The notes below the pieces were generated by a model. That model worked only from the letters and a program-made list of their open reading frames with translations, ran no database searches and was not told the origin of the DNA. Positions 12,677-22,252 of a DNA stretch of 64,000 nt are shown here, piece by piece (the first letter of the stretch is position 1; each line of letters opens with the position of its first letter). The DNA is taken from assembly GCA_000146465.1 (NCBI GenBank), contig CP001951.1; one strand, 5' to 3'. The position numbers were made by a program, and so were the translations under genes.

Positions 12677-13456
12677 ATGGACGATACAATTCAAAGGTAT
12701 AAGGAAAAGCTAAATGAGCTGGAGAAAATTGGAAGTGAAATAAAAGATATGCTTTCCCTGGACTATGATTTGGATTGCTTAAGCCATTCCCCATCCGTAT
12801 GCTATATCGCTACATCGCTGGAGGAGGGGAAGGCCGAAGAATTAGAAGAGAATAAGTATTCTATAGAAGTTCAAATGATAATAACCATTGGGAAGTCTTT
12901 GGATTCAACCTTAAAAAAAGATCTCATCTCAAAGATTGAAAAGATTAAAGCGATCAATATTGGGATAGAAGAATACAGGGATGCAATTGCGTCCCGATTC
13001 AAATATCTCCATAATCTACTAGGGAATGATCTTCTATTCAAGTTAACCATAGAGGTGAAGAGTCTTCTCCCTTTGGCAAGAGCTATTCCATCGGAGATAA
13101 TGAAGTATGGCATTGAGACATACGGATTTCCACTATTGTCTCAACACCAGCTGATCATGAAGGCCTCTCCACAGAACCAGGAAAAGCTTCTTAGGAAGCT
13201 TTGCTGTAAAGTCACGATGGCCGCCAAACTGGATTTCTGCGAAAGCAGCTTTGAAATAGATTTTTATAGCCAGATGGAAAAGATTTTTAACAGTCTTGAA
13301 AGCAAAGAAAAAGAAGAAAAATCTATTCTGAAAGTTCCACTTGCCAGAAAAGAAACCAGACGGGGAGGAATAAATGCAAGGCGAAAGAGACAAGGTTCTT
13401 CACCCCATAAAAGAAGGAGACTTCTGAAGCTGGAGCCTGACGAAGCCGATGGATAA
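12677..13456 (+). CDS. Minimal Nop-domain protein, probably U4/U6 snRNP factor Prp31 (or a Nop56/58 relative)
   Basis: N-terminal coiled-coil. The C-terminal half (ARAIPSEIMKYGIETYGFPLLSQHQLIMKASPQNQEKLLRKLCCKVTMAAKLDF) matches the Nop-domain consensus (PaSniq.lGaeK..f..lkt..tPkyGli.h...I.qa.p..kgK.aR.LaaK.alAaRiD). Basic NLS-like tail. Upstream context is ccctcaATG. Confidence 0.35.
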   Translation: MDDTIQRYKEKLNELEKIGSEIKDMLSLDYDLDCLSHSPSVCYIATSLEEGKAEELEENKYSIEVQMIITIGKSLDSTLKKDLISKIEKIKAINIGIEEYRDAIASRFKYLHNLLGNDLLFKLTIEVKSLLPLARAIPSEIMKYGIETYGFPLLSQHQLIMKASPQNQEKLLRKLCCKVTMAAKLDFCESSFEIDFYSQMEKIFNSLESKEKEEKSILKVPLARKETRRGGINARRKRQGSSPHKRRRLLKLEPDEADG

Positions 13457-14190
13457 TGCCCCATGGGAAATTTCATCCCATAATGAAAAGCCTTTTAGAT
13501 TTCATAAAAAGTCGTCCTGAGGGAGTAGTTGAAGAGGAGCTTTCTTTAGAGTTTCCGGATATGTCCAAGGCCGATATTGCAAAGGAGTTAAATAATTATC
13601 TTAAGTGCCAGGAGATCAGTCTGTTTAGAGACAAAGGCGTTCTGTATTACAAACCATCACCAGTTAATGTGGATGACTACGAACTTATGATATACAACTT
13701 GGTAAATCAGAGTGGAAGTGAAGGTGTCTGGCTAAAGGTGATAAAAGATAAAACCAATATGCCGCATAACTTGGTTGGAAAGGTCCTCAGGAACATGGAA
13801 ACAAAGAGAATCATCAAGTCTGTTAAATGCCTTAAGAATAACAGAAAAGTGTATGTTTTGTATGATCAAGTTCCTTCTGAAGAGATTACTGGAGGCATGT
13901 GGTTTCAAGATAACGATGTGGACGTGGAGTGTGTAACTAAGATTCTCGAGATTATACTGTTATTTCTGGAAAAAAGACTGGGTGATAGATTGGAGCTTCC
14001 CGAGTACGAAGAGAATCCTAAACTTGAGGAAATAATGAATTATGTTAAGGACTTGGGCATCCTGTCTGTTCCCCTAAGGCTTGAAGATCTTGAGACATTG
14101 GTAGATATACTTGTATTTGATGGGAGGGTAGAGAAACTCCATTCGGGGCCTATAGTCAGATATAGAGCCCTTAGACCATATGGAAAGTAA
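13456..14190 (+). CDS. RPC34: RNA polymerase III subunit Rpc34 (POLR3F/RPC6)
   Basis: Winged-helix region GVWLKVIKDKTNMPHNLVGKVLRNMETKRIIKSVKCLKNNRKVYVLYDQVPSEEITGGMWFQDNDVD is characteristic of Rpc34. Its start overlaps the upstream stop (TAATG); an alternative start is MKSLLDF at 13483. Confidence 0.7.
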   Translation: MPHGKFHPIMKSLLDFIKSRPEGVVEEELSLEFPDMSKADIAKELNNYLKCQEISLFRDKGVLYYKPSPVNVDDYELMIYNLVNQSGSEGVWLKVIKDKTNMPHNLVGKVLRNMETKRIIKSVKCLKNNRKVYVLYDQVPSEEITGGMWFQDNDVDVECVTKILEIILLFLEKRLGDRLELPEYEENPKLEEIMNYVKDLGILSVPLRLEDLETLVDILVFDGRVEKLHSGPIVRYRALRPYGK

Positions 14191-14267
14191 ATCTCATGGA
14201 TTTGAAGTGAAGACATTCGGCTTGTTGCGAAATTTTTACTTATTTTCAATTTCTCTGCCAGGGATAA

Positions 14268-15254
14268 ATGGATGATGGACTTTCGATAGGAAGCGAAGGA
14301 TATTTTCTAAATATAAAATGCCACGAAAGACCTATAACGGATGTCAAGTTCAATTACGATGGAGACTTAATATTTACCTCTGGGAAAGATTCCATAGCCA
14401 CACTTCTCCGCTCTGATGGATCTGTGGTAGGAGAGTACAAAGGACATCGAGGATCAATCTTTTCTATTGCTGTGGATAACAAAAGCACTTCCTTAGTGAC
14501 AGGAAGCGCCGACCAGTCCATTATTTTGTGGGATGTTTCCACCGGAAAAATGAAGGCACAAACCGATGTCGGCGTTGTAGTTAAAGGCTTGGATTTTTAC
14601 AAGGACGGGACGTTGTGTCTGGGATGTAGTGACGATTCCATGGGAAAGACCCCCTCCATCGGGATTCTTGATACAAGAAACAAAAGCTTTGAGAAGATTT
14701 TTGTTCCCACCTCATCTCCTATAAAGATTTTAATGGACATCTCAGAAAACTTTTTGGTATATTGCGATTCAAGAGGAGGAGTTAGCTCTGTGGACCTTCG
14801 AAACTCTCAGGTTATCAAGAGTGCAAAGATACACACATCCAAGATAAATAATATTAGGCCAAGCAGGTGTAGAACTTTCTTCATTACAGGTTCTATGGAT
14901 TCACAGGCAAAGATCATTGATTTTCTTGATCTGTCAGTTCAAAAGACATTTGTATGTGAAGAACCAGTGAATTGTGCAGCCATATTCAACACTAACGACA
15001 AAGTTATCTGTGTTGGAGGAATTAATGCAAGGGATGTAACTACAACCAAAGGAAAGTCTTCTTTTGACGCAAACTTCTTTGATGTAGTAACATGTGAAAA
15101 AATTGGGTCTTATAGCACACATTTTGGAACAATAAATTCTGTAGATGTCCATCCCTCTGGAAAGCTTTACTGCTCCGGAGGAGAGGAAGGGACTATTACC
15201 ATTCTAGCATTTGGCCAAGATTTCTTTCAGGCCAACTTTACCAATTTCAATTAA
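14268..15254 (+). CDS. TIF34: Translation initiation factor eIF3 subunit i (WD40)
   Basis: HERPITDVKFNYDGDLIFTSGKDSIATLLRSDGSVVGEYKGHRGSIFSIAVDNKSTSLVTGSADQSIILWDVSTGK is colinear with eIF3i/TRIP-1. WD repeats throughout. Confidence 0.75.
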   Translation: MDDGLSIGSEGYFLNIKCHERPITDVKFNYDGDLIFTSGKDSIATLLRSDGSVVGEYKGHRGSIFSIAVDNKSTSLVTGSADQSIILWDVSTGKMKAQTDVGVVVKGLDFYKDGTLCLGCSDDSMGKTPSIGILDTRNKSFEKIFVPTSSPIKILMDISENFLVYCDSRGGVSSVDLRNSQVIKSAKIHTSKINNIRPSRCRTFFITGSMDSQAKIIDFLDLSVQKTFVCEEPVNCAAIFNTNDKVICVGGINARDVTTTKGKSSFDANFFDVVTCEKIGSYSTHFGTINSVDVHPSGKLYCSGGEEGTITILAFGQDFFQANFTNFN

Positions 15255-15269
15255 AACATCATGCAAAAG

Positions 15270-15677
15270 TCATTTAATATATTCATGATCTTTAGGGCCA
15301 TTTTTTATTGCAATGCTCCCGTCGGGATATCTAACTTCCTTTAAGCCCGAGGGGAATGTCTTTTCGATTTGCCCATTTGAAAACTCATAAGTAATCACTT
15401 TGGTTTTTGCATCATACAAATATCTATACTGATTGCTCTTTACAACATATGTGGACCCATCCTTAAGGTAATACCTTGTTTTGTTTTGGAGCTGGTCCTT
15501 ATGCATGACTCTTTTAGCCTCTAGTGATTTCTTGTACTCTTCATTGAGCTTCTTCAGTTTAAGTATCTCTTCTTTGAGGACGTCGACCACGGAAATGTTT
15601 TTGTTTTCTTCTAGTCGCTTCATTAGTGTGCTAATGGTCTCGATCTTTTCTTTTATGTTTTCCTGCATGAAAGTCAT
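15270..15677 (-). CDS. Small coiled-coil protein with a C-terminal G-box (TCP10_C / CPAP-SAS-4-like) repeat
   Basis: N-terminal coiled coil. C-terminus YVVKSNQYRYLYDAKTKVITYEFSNGQIEKTFPSGLKEVRYPDGSIAIKNG closely resembles CPAP G-box repeats ([24 protein letters not shown]). Confidence 0.4.
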   Translation of the reverse strand: MTFMQENIKEKIETISTLMKRLEENKNISVVDVLKEEILKLKKLNEEYKKSLEAKRVMHKDQLQNKTRYYLKDGSTYVVKSNQYRYLYDAKTKVITYEFSNGQIEKTFPSGLKEVRYPDGSIAIKNGPKDHEYIK

Positions 15678-15796
15678 CCTATGCTTATGTGGGGCAATGC
15701 TGATTATGTGAGGTCACCTGGAAAGGAATTAAAAGCCGCAAACAGAATAAGAGAATTTGGAAGAAAGCCAATTCGCCTTCAAACTTAAATTTTTAT

Positions 15797-17356
15797 TTAA
15801 CGCTTACTTTCGATTATCCCATCAATTCTTAAAAGCTGCGACACTGCTTCAATAGCAGATTTGATGCATTGGCTCTTCACAGCATATGGCTCAAGCACAA
15901 GATCTCTTGTGTCTACAATCTCCCCGGTTATTCCATTAACTCCGTAGAAGGATCCTTCCTGATGCTTTTTCTCCAAAAGAGTGATGGCCTCTAGAGGATT
16001 AAATACTCCGGAGTTTTCAAGGAGTATGGAAGGAATTATGGTTAACGCCGAAGCCACTCTTGAAAAAACTTCGGCTTCTATTTCGTTGTCTCCGGAATTC
16101 TGCATTAACTCGTGTGACATTGCCATCTCCACAGCTCCCCCTCCTGGGCAGAGCTTGGGACTGATAAATATGCTTTTTGCTACCTTAACTGCATCCATGA
16201 AGTTTCTTTCGAGTTCATCAAGGATATCCTTTGTCGGGCCACGGATAATAACACTGCAAGCCTTCGGGTTTACACACTTACTGAATTTGCAATAGTATTC
16301 CTCTCCATATTTAACATATTCAAACAGTCCACAAGAAGTTCCTATGTGCCTTTCCTCAAGGTCTTCAGGCCTGTTGACAGGTCGTGCTCCGCAGGCTTTA
16401 CTTAGCCTAGAAACATCTGTTTTCTTTAACCTTCTTAGGCCTGTGATGTTGTTTTCAAAGAGAATTGACAATGCAAGATCACTAATCCCTTTCTCACATA
16501 CCACAATATCAGGCTTTGCTGCAATTATTTTCTCACACATTTCACGGACTTGCTCTTCCTCAATCTCAAGTGCTCGTGTGAAATCGTTTTCTTTGGAAAA
16601 CTCATAGCTTGTTTGACTTTCTCCCTTTTTGTATTCAAGAGGAGACTCAACTATAGCAATCCTCGGATTCTCGATGGTTCTTCTCATCTGTGGATGTATA
16701 ATGTCCTTGTTGATGAGTATTCCATCCATGACCTCAGACTCTACAAAATTTCCTCCAAGTATTTTCTCTACCTTCATGTTGCTCTTAAGATCGCATCTGT
16801 TCTCTTCCTTTATGTAAATCTTCTTCACAGCTTCTAAAGCAAGCTTTCCAATAGGAACCTTGAGAATACTGCAGACTTTTGACGCCACACTACCATTAAT
16901 TATTTTGATTCTTGTTTCCTCGCTGGAATCTAAGGACATAGCTGTTCCGTCAATGGCCTTGATACAAACTTCAAGTGCTTTGCTTAAAGAATTGCATATT
17001 TTTATAGGATGAACATCCTTGTCTAATATGTAAGTCATCTCGTTCAGGATCTCGGCTGCAAGGAGTACAACCGATGTTGTTCCATCTCCTACTTCATCAT
17101 CTTGTGTCTTTGCCAATTCTATAAGAGATCTAGCTGATGGATGTGCAACATCTAACTCTCTAAGAATAGCATTTCCATCATTGGTAAGCTCTATGGAATT
17201 TATCTTTGTCAAAACCATTTTCTGCATAGCACGGGGCCCAAGACAGGTCCTTATCACCGATGATATGGTTTTGGCTGCTATTGCACTTTCATTTTGGATC
17301 TGTGCAGGCTTGTCAGGTACAAGAATGTACATCTTTCGAGGAATTGGTTTCTGCAT
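15797..17356 (-). CDS. CCT3: T-complex protein 1 subunit gamma (CCT3) chaperonin
   Basis: CLGPRAMQKMVLT..NDGNAILRELDVAHPSARSLIELAKTQDDEVGDGTTSVVLLAAEIL and the C-terminal GGGAVEMA match group II chaperonins, CCT-gamma best. The start is taken at the ATG of MQKPIPRK; the upstream 29 codons in the track were dropped. Confidence 0.75.
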   Translation of the reverse strand: MQKPIPRKMYILVPDKPAQIQNESAIAAKTISSVIRTCLGPRAMQKMVLTKINSIELTNDGNAILRELDVAHPSARSLIELAKTQDDEVGDGTTSVVLLAAEILNEMTYILDKDVHPIKICNSLSKALEVCIKAIDGTAMSLDSSEETRIKIINGSVASKVCSILKVPIGKLALEAVKKIYIKEENRCDLKSNMKVEKILGGNFVESEVMDGILINKDIIHPQMRRTIENPRIAIVESPLEYKKGESQTSYEFSKENDFTRALEIEEEQVREMCEKIIAAKPDIVVCEKGISDLALSILFENNITGLRRLKKTDVSRLSKACGARPVNRPEDLEERHIGTSCGLFEYVKYGEEYYCKFSKCVNPKACSVIIRGPTKDILDELERNFMDAVKVAKSIFISPKLCPGGGAVEMAMSHELMQNSGDNEIEAEVFSRVASALTIIPSILLENSGVFNPLEAITLLEKKHQEGSFYGVNGITGEIVDTRDLVLEPYAVKSQCIKSAIEAVSQLLRIDGIIESKR

Positions 17357-17529
17357 TTTTGGGGCTTTACAGATTCTCCTAAAAAATTGCTCCGGTCTTC
17401 CATCCCACAATCTTACTTCGAACCCGATGATGATGGATTTCAAGAAGCCCCAAGGCTAGAGTTCTTAGGAATTGACGACTGCAGAATTGTTAAGGAATCT
17501 TTTGATATTTCTTTGAATTTATTTTTTGA

Positions 17530-20500
17530 ATGTATGAATCCCTCATGGATTCCATGTTTACAAAAGAGCACAGTTGGCTGATAATATCTTCATTCTTCGA
17601 GCAGAAGGGACTTGTCAGACAACAACTGGACTCTTTCGACCAGTTTGTTAAGACAAAGATGCAAGAGGTTATCGACGAGAGTCCTGCAATAATTGTCCAG
17701 TCTGCTCCTACGGCAGGAATAGAAACCCAAAAGAGAATAACCGTTAGATTTGGGCAAATATATGTTTCAAAACCTCCTATTTACACCGAGTCTGATGGGA
17801 GAACTATTACGGTGTTTCCAAACGAAGCCCGTATAAGAGACTTAACATATGCATCCCCTCTGTTCATCGATGTTACAAAGGAAACCATATCTGAGCTAGG
17901 GGTTGTGGACAAGCACAAGTATTCTAGAGTTCCCTTTGGGTCCTTACCAGTGATGTTGAGATCGTCGTATTGTGTCCTTTATGGGCTAAGCGACAAGGAT
18001 CTCATTGATCTTGGAGAATGTCCATATGATCAGGGGGGATACTTTATTGTAAATGGATCTGAAAAGGTGATTGTAGCTCAAGAGAGAATGGCTAGTAACA
18101 CAGTTTATGTGTTCAAGAAGGCACAGCCTGCGACCTATACACACTATGCAGAAATACGTTCGGTCCCAGAAAAAAGCTCACGAAATCCAAGCACTTTATC
18201 TATGAAGTTATGCAGATCTCCGGGAGTAATAAGGGTTTCGTTGCCACTAGTTAAGCAGGATATTCCTCTTTTTGTTCTGTACCGGGCCTTGGGGTTTTTA
18301 TCTGACAAAGAGATCATCGATCATATTCTATATGAAGATGATGATGAGATGTTTGAGCTCCTGAAGGAAAGTATTGAAGAGGGTATGGTTGTTCAGGACC
18401 AGAATGTGGCCTTGGATTACATAGGAAAGAGGTCGGCCCCTGTTGGAACACCACAGGAAAAAAGAATAATTATTGCAAAAGATTTACTTGCAAAAGAAGT
18501 TCTTCCTCATATTGGAACACAGGAATTTTGTGAGACAAAGAAAGCATATTTTATTGGATATATTGTTCAGAGACTCCTACTTGTAGCTCTTGGAAGGAAG
18601 AATCCAGATGACAGAGATCACTATGGAAAGAAAAGAATGGATCTTAGTGGGCCATTGCTTGCATCTCTATTCAGGACTTTATTTAAGAAGTTGTGTGCAG
18701 ATACAACAAGACACATGCAGAAGTGTATAGAAAACGGACGGGAGTTTAACATAGCCCTTGGTCTGAAGGCAAGTATAATTACACAGGGTTTTCGGTATGC
18801 ATTAGCTACAGGGAATTGGGGGGATCAAGCGAAAGCAATGCAAACAAGGGCAGGCGTGGCTCAGGTTTTAAATAGATACAATTTTGTTTCAACACTCAGT
18901 CATTTAAGAAGGGTCAACACACCTATTGAGAAGGAAGGAAAGCTGGCAGCGCCTCGACAGCTTCACAATACCCATTGGGGTATGGTTTGCCCTGCAGAGA
19001 CACCTGAAGGACAGGCATGTGGGCTTGTAAAGAATTTGTCTCTCATGGCATATATTTCTGTTGGTTCATCTTCTGGGCCATTAGTAGAGTTTTTAGAAGA
19101 ATGTGGAGTCGAATCACTGGAGGAGATATCCACTCCGCAACTCAATGCAGCCACTAAGATTTTTGTTAATGGAATCTGGGTTGGAATTCATTCGGATCCT
19201 GTGTATCTCATAAAGTCGCTTAAGTTACTGAGGCGGAGCTTGGAGATGGACAAGGAGGTTAGTATTGTCCGAGATATTAGGGAAAAGGAGATTAGAATAC
19301 AATCGGATGCAGGAAGACCTTGCCGTCCCCTGTTGGTAGTCAAAAATAATGAGCTTGTAATTACTCCAGAAGACATCAAAAGGCTGAAAAGAGGGGAAAT
19401 TAAATGGGATAATCTGATTAGCGAAGGGTTTATTGAGTTTCTGGATGTTGAGGAGGAAGAGATGTCCATGATAGCAATGAACACAAAAGCTCTTGAAGAG
19501 TCTAAAAAGGCTTCTGATGTAAAGATATCCTACACGCACTGTGAGATTCATCCGGCATTGATATTAGGGATCTGTGCATCCACAATTCCCTTTCCTGATC
19601 ATAATCAGAGTCCTCGTAACACCTATCAAAGTGCTATGGGCAAGCAGGCCATGGGGATCTATGCAACAAACTTCCTGTTGAGGATGGATACCTTGAGTAA
19701 TATTCTATTCTATCCACAAAAGCCTCTTGTAACAACGAAGAGCATGGAATATCTTAGGTTCAAAGAGCTACCGTCTGGCCAAAATGCTTTGGTTGCGATT
19801 GCATGCTATTCCGGATATAATCAGGAAGACAGTATTATTATGAATCAAAGTGCCATTGACAGGGGCCTGTTTAGGAGTTTTTTCTACAGGACATATACAG
19901 ACCAGGAATCTATGTCAAGACCAGGTGTTAATGAAGAGTTTTGCAAGCCCAGCCGAGGAACGGTCTTAAGGATGAAAAATCTAAACTACAATAAACTGGA
20001 CGAGGATGGGCTTATAAGTCCTGGAACAAGGGTTACGGGAGACGACGTCCTTATCGGAAAGATAACACCTATACTTGATCCTGAAAGAAGCACTAAGGAG
20101 GCACCGGTTTATGTCTATAAGGATAGTAGTACTGCAATGCGGAGAACCGAAACAGGTATTGTGGATACGGTTATTGTTACAAACAAAGATGGCTATAAGT
20201 TTTCCAAGATTAAGGTAAGGTCGGGAAGAATTCCTCAGATGGGAGACAAATTTGCATCGAGACATGCTCAGAAAGGAACTATAGGAATTACCTTAAGACA
20301 AGAGGATATGCCATTTACATCTGATGGAATAGTCCCGGATATAATTATAAATCCTCATGCCATTCCAAGTCGTATGACCATTGGGCATTTGATCGAATGT
20401 CTTCTTGGGAAAGTTAGTGCAATGAGCGGAGAAGAAGGAGATGCAACACCCTTTAGCGATATGACTGTTAATGAGATCTCGGCCAAATTGAAGTCCTATG

Positions 20501-20967
20501 GCTTCCAGCAAAGAGGACTGGAAGTTATGTACAATGGAATGACGGGAAGGAAGCTCCGGGCCCAGGTGTTCTTTGGGCCAACATACTATCAAAGGCTTAA
20601 GCATATGGTTGATGACAAGATACATGCTAGGGCCCGAGGTCCTCTTCAGATTCTTACAAGGCAACCTGTTGAAGGAAGATCTAGAGATGGAGGGCTCCGA
20701 TTTGGAGAAATGGAAAGGGATTGTATAATTTCACACGGAGCGTCTGCCTTTCTAAAGGAGAGACTGATGGACGTGAGCGATGCATACTCTTGCTTTGTCT
20801 GCAACTTTTGTGGGCTCCTTGCAATGGGGGGAAGCAAAGTAAATGAATGCAAGGGATGCAACAATACCACCAACGTTAGTATGATTGAAATCCCCTATGC
20901 CTTTAAACTTCTTGTTCAGGAACTTATGGGGATGAATATTGCACCAAGAATTCGCTTTGAAGAATAA
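17530..20967 (+). CDS. RPB2: DNA-directed RNA polymerase II second-largest subunit Rpb2
   Basis: Colinear with Rpb2 over 1145 aa: [40 protein letters not shown], the fork/hybrid-binding regions, [27 protein letters not shown], and the C-terminal Zn ribbon CFVCNFCG...CKGC. Confidence 0.95.
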   Translation: MYESLMDSMFTKEHSWLIISSFFEQKGLVRQQLDSFDQFVKTKMQEVIDESPAIIVQSAPTAGIETQKRITVRFGQIYVSKPPIYTESDGRTITVFPNEARIRDLTYASPLFIDVTKETISELGVVDKHKYSRVPFGSLPVMLRSSYCVLYGLSDKDLIDLGECPYDQGGYFIVNGSEKVIVAQERMASNTVYVFKKAQPATYTHYAEIRSVPEKSSRNPSTLSMKLCRSPGVIRVSLPLVKQDIPLFVLYRALGFLSDKEIIDHILYEDDDEMFELLKESIEEGMVVQDQNVALDYIGKRSAPVGTPQEKRIIIAKDLLAKEVLPHIGTQEFCETKKAYFIGYIVQRLLLVALGRKNPDDRDHYGKKRMDLSGPLLASLFRTLFKKLCADTTRHMQKCIENGREFNIALGLKASIITQGFRYALATGNWGDQAKAMQTRAGVAQVLNRYNFVSTLSHLRRVNTPIEKEGKLAAPRQLHNTHWGMVCPAETPEGQACGLVKNLSLMAYISVGSSSGPLVEFLEECGVESLEEISTPQLNAATKIFVNGIWVGIHSDPVYLIKSLKLLRRSLEMDKEVSIVRDIREKEIRIQSDAGRPCRPLLVVKNNELVITPEDIKRLKRGEIKWDNLISEGFIEFLDVEEEEMSMIAMNTKALEESKKASDVKISYTHCEIHPALILGICASTIPFPDHNQSPRNTYQSAMGKQAMGIYATNFLLRMDTLSNILFYPQKPLVTTKSMEYLRFKELPSGQNALVAIACYSGYNQEDSIIMNQSAIDRGLFRSFFYRTYTDQESMSRPGVNEEFCKPSRGTVLRMKNLNYNKLDEDGLISPGTRVTGDDVLIGKITPILDPERSTKEAPVYVYKDSSTAMRRTETGIVDTVIVTNKDGYKFSKIKVRSGRIPQMGDKFASRHAQKGTIGITLRQEDMPFTSDGIVPDIIINPHAIPSRMTIGHLIECLLGKVSAMSGEEGDATPFSDMTVNEISAKLKSYGFQQRGLEVMYNGMTGRKLRAQVFFGPTYYQRLKHMVDDKIHARARGPLQILTRQPVEGRSRDGGLRFGEMERDCIISHGASAFLKERLMDVSDAYSCFVCNFCGLLAMGGSKVNECKGCNNTTNVSMIEIPYAFKLLVQELMGMNIAPRIRFEE

Positions 20968-21095
20968 AGCTATCTCTACTGTCCAGGCTGTTGGAAACTC
21001 GGACTTTCTCCGATTCCATACGTTTCAAATATCTTTGCTATGAAACATTTTTACTTTTGAAACCAGGAATCACAAAATAAAACGGATCTATAAAA

Positions 21096-21473
21096 ATGAA
21101 CGAAGATTTAGAGCCAATGGATGAATTCAGCCGAGGACTGAGGCCTACGGACAGATCTTTGCCAATAGCTAATATATCAAAGATTATGAAGAAGCCGATT
21201 CCCAAAGAAGCCAAAGTCGCTAAAGATGCGAAGGAAATAATGCAAAAGTCTGCGGGTGAGTTTATAGCTATAATAACATGCAGAGCCAAGGAAATATGCG
21301 AGTCAGAAGCCCGTAAGACTGTTACTGGAGAAGACTTAATAAGAGCAATGGACGAGCTGGATATGCCTTATTATGCCGAGCTGGCAAGGAAGTATTATAT
21401 TCAGTATAGAGAACTTGCAAAAAACGAAAGGGTTCGAAAGTATTCAAGAAGCTTTGACTACGGCAAGCCTTAA
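21096..21473 (+). CDS. HAP3: CCAAT-binding factor subunit NF-YB/HAP3 (histone fold)
   Basis: DRSLPIANISKIMKKPIPKEAKVAKDAKEIMQKSAGEFIAIITCRAKEICESEARKTVTGEDLIRAMDELDMPYYAELARKYYIQYRE matches the NF-YB histone-fold core (LPIANV.RIMK...AK..KDAKE..QECVSEFISF...). Confidence 0.7.
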   Translation: MNEDLEPMDEFSRGLRPTDRSLPIANISKIMKKPIPKEAKVAKDAKEIMQKSAGEFIAIITCRAKEICESEARKTVTGEDLIRAMDELDMPYYAELARKYYIQYRELAKNERVRKYSRSFDYGKP

Positions 21474-21526
21474 TCCCTGTAATGTGATATTTAAATAGAT
21501 CAATTAAAATCGGTTGTCTTTATTTA

Positions 21527-22135
21527 ATGGGAAAGAATTTATTCCAGCTATCAGCTAACCCATTACGAATGAGTGGAATAAGATCGATGATGAGTGTGAT
21601 ACCCCATTGCACGGGATCTTCAAGATTTACCTACAACAATACAACTGTGTTCTGCATAGTTCATGGGCCCTCAGACAGTATATCTAGGCAAGAGGATCCT
21701 GAAATGGCTATTTTAGATGTGAAGTGGAGAGACATTATTCTTATCAATGGAAGAATTTATGACAAGTATTTCTCAAGAGAAATTGAAAAGATTCTTTCTA
21801 AAAGAATCATTCTTGAACTGGATCCTTGCAGATCAATACAGATAAGTTTCAATGTTGTAGGAGAAGTAAGAAATACTCTTTTTTGTGCTGTGAATGCTGC
21901 ACTTTTGGCGCTTTCCGATGCAGGAATTCCTCTTATATCTATGTTTTATGCCAGTAGCTCGTTTACACATGAGGAGGAAGTCATTGTTTTTGATGGAGAT
22001 GAGAACGTATTGGCCAGCCATTCATTTGGATCTATTTCAAAGACAGGCATGGAGAGAGCAAAAAGCTTTCTTAAATATGTTAAAGAGGTCCAGACTTATA
22101 CCCTGAAGTCCAAGTTTCCTTTTTGCATTAGCTAA
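21527..22135 (+). CDS. Exosome RNase PH-like subunit (Rrp46/Mtr3 class)
   Basis: RNase PH domain pattern LRMSGIRSMMSVIPHCTGSSRFTYNNTTVFCIVHGP...CAVNAALLALSDAGIPL. Which subunit is uncertain. Confidence 0.5.
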   Translation: MGKNLFQLSANPLRMSGIRSMMSVIPHCTGSSRFTYNNTTVFCIVHGPSDSISRQEDPEMAILDVKWRDIILINGRIYDKYFSREIEKILSKRIILELDPCRSIQISFNVVGEVRNTLFCAVNAALLALSDAGIPLISMFYASSSFTHEEEVIVFDGDENVLASHSFGSISKTGMERAKSFLKYVKEVQTYTLKSKFPFCIS

Positions 22136-22252
22136 CTGATATATGTTTCTAGATGTAAGTATTGGGTCTTGTTCCTTGGGAAAAGGATGTTTAAGGCAAG
22201 TTACTTTTTATTTTTTATGGCTTTGGAATGGAAATGTTTATTCAAGAGAATT

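Noticed and set aside
20968-21095. Imperfect hairpin (ggaaactcgga...tccgattcc) downstream of the RPB2 stop
   Set aside because: Short, with a bulge, and no evidence of function. It could be a chance palindrome in an AT-rich spacer.
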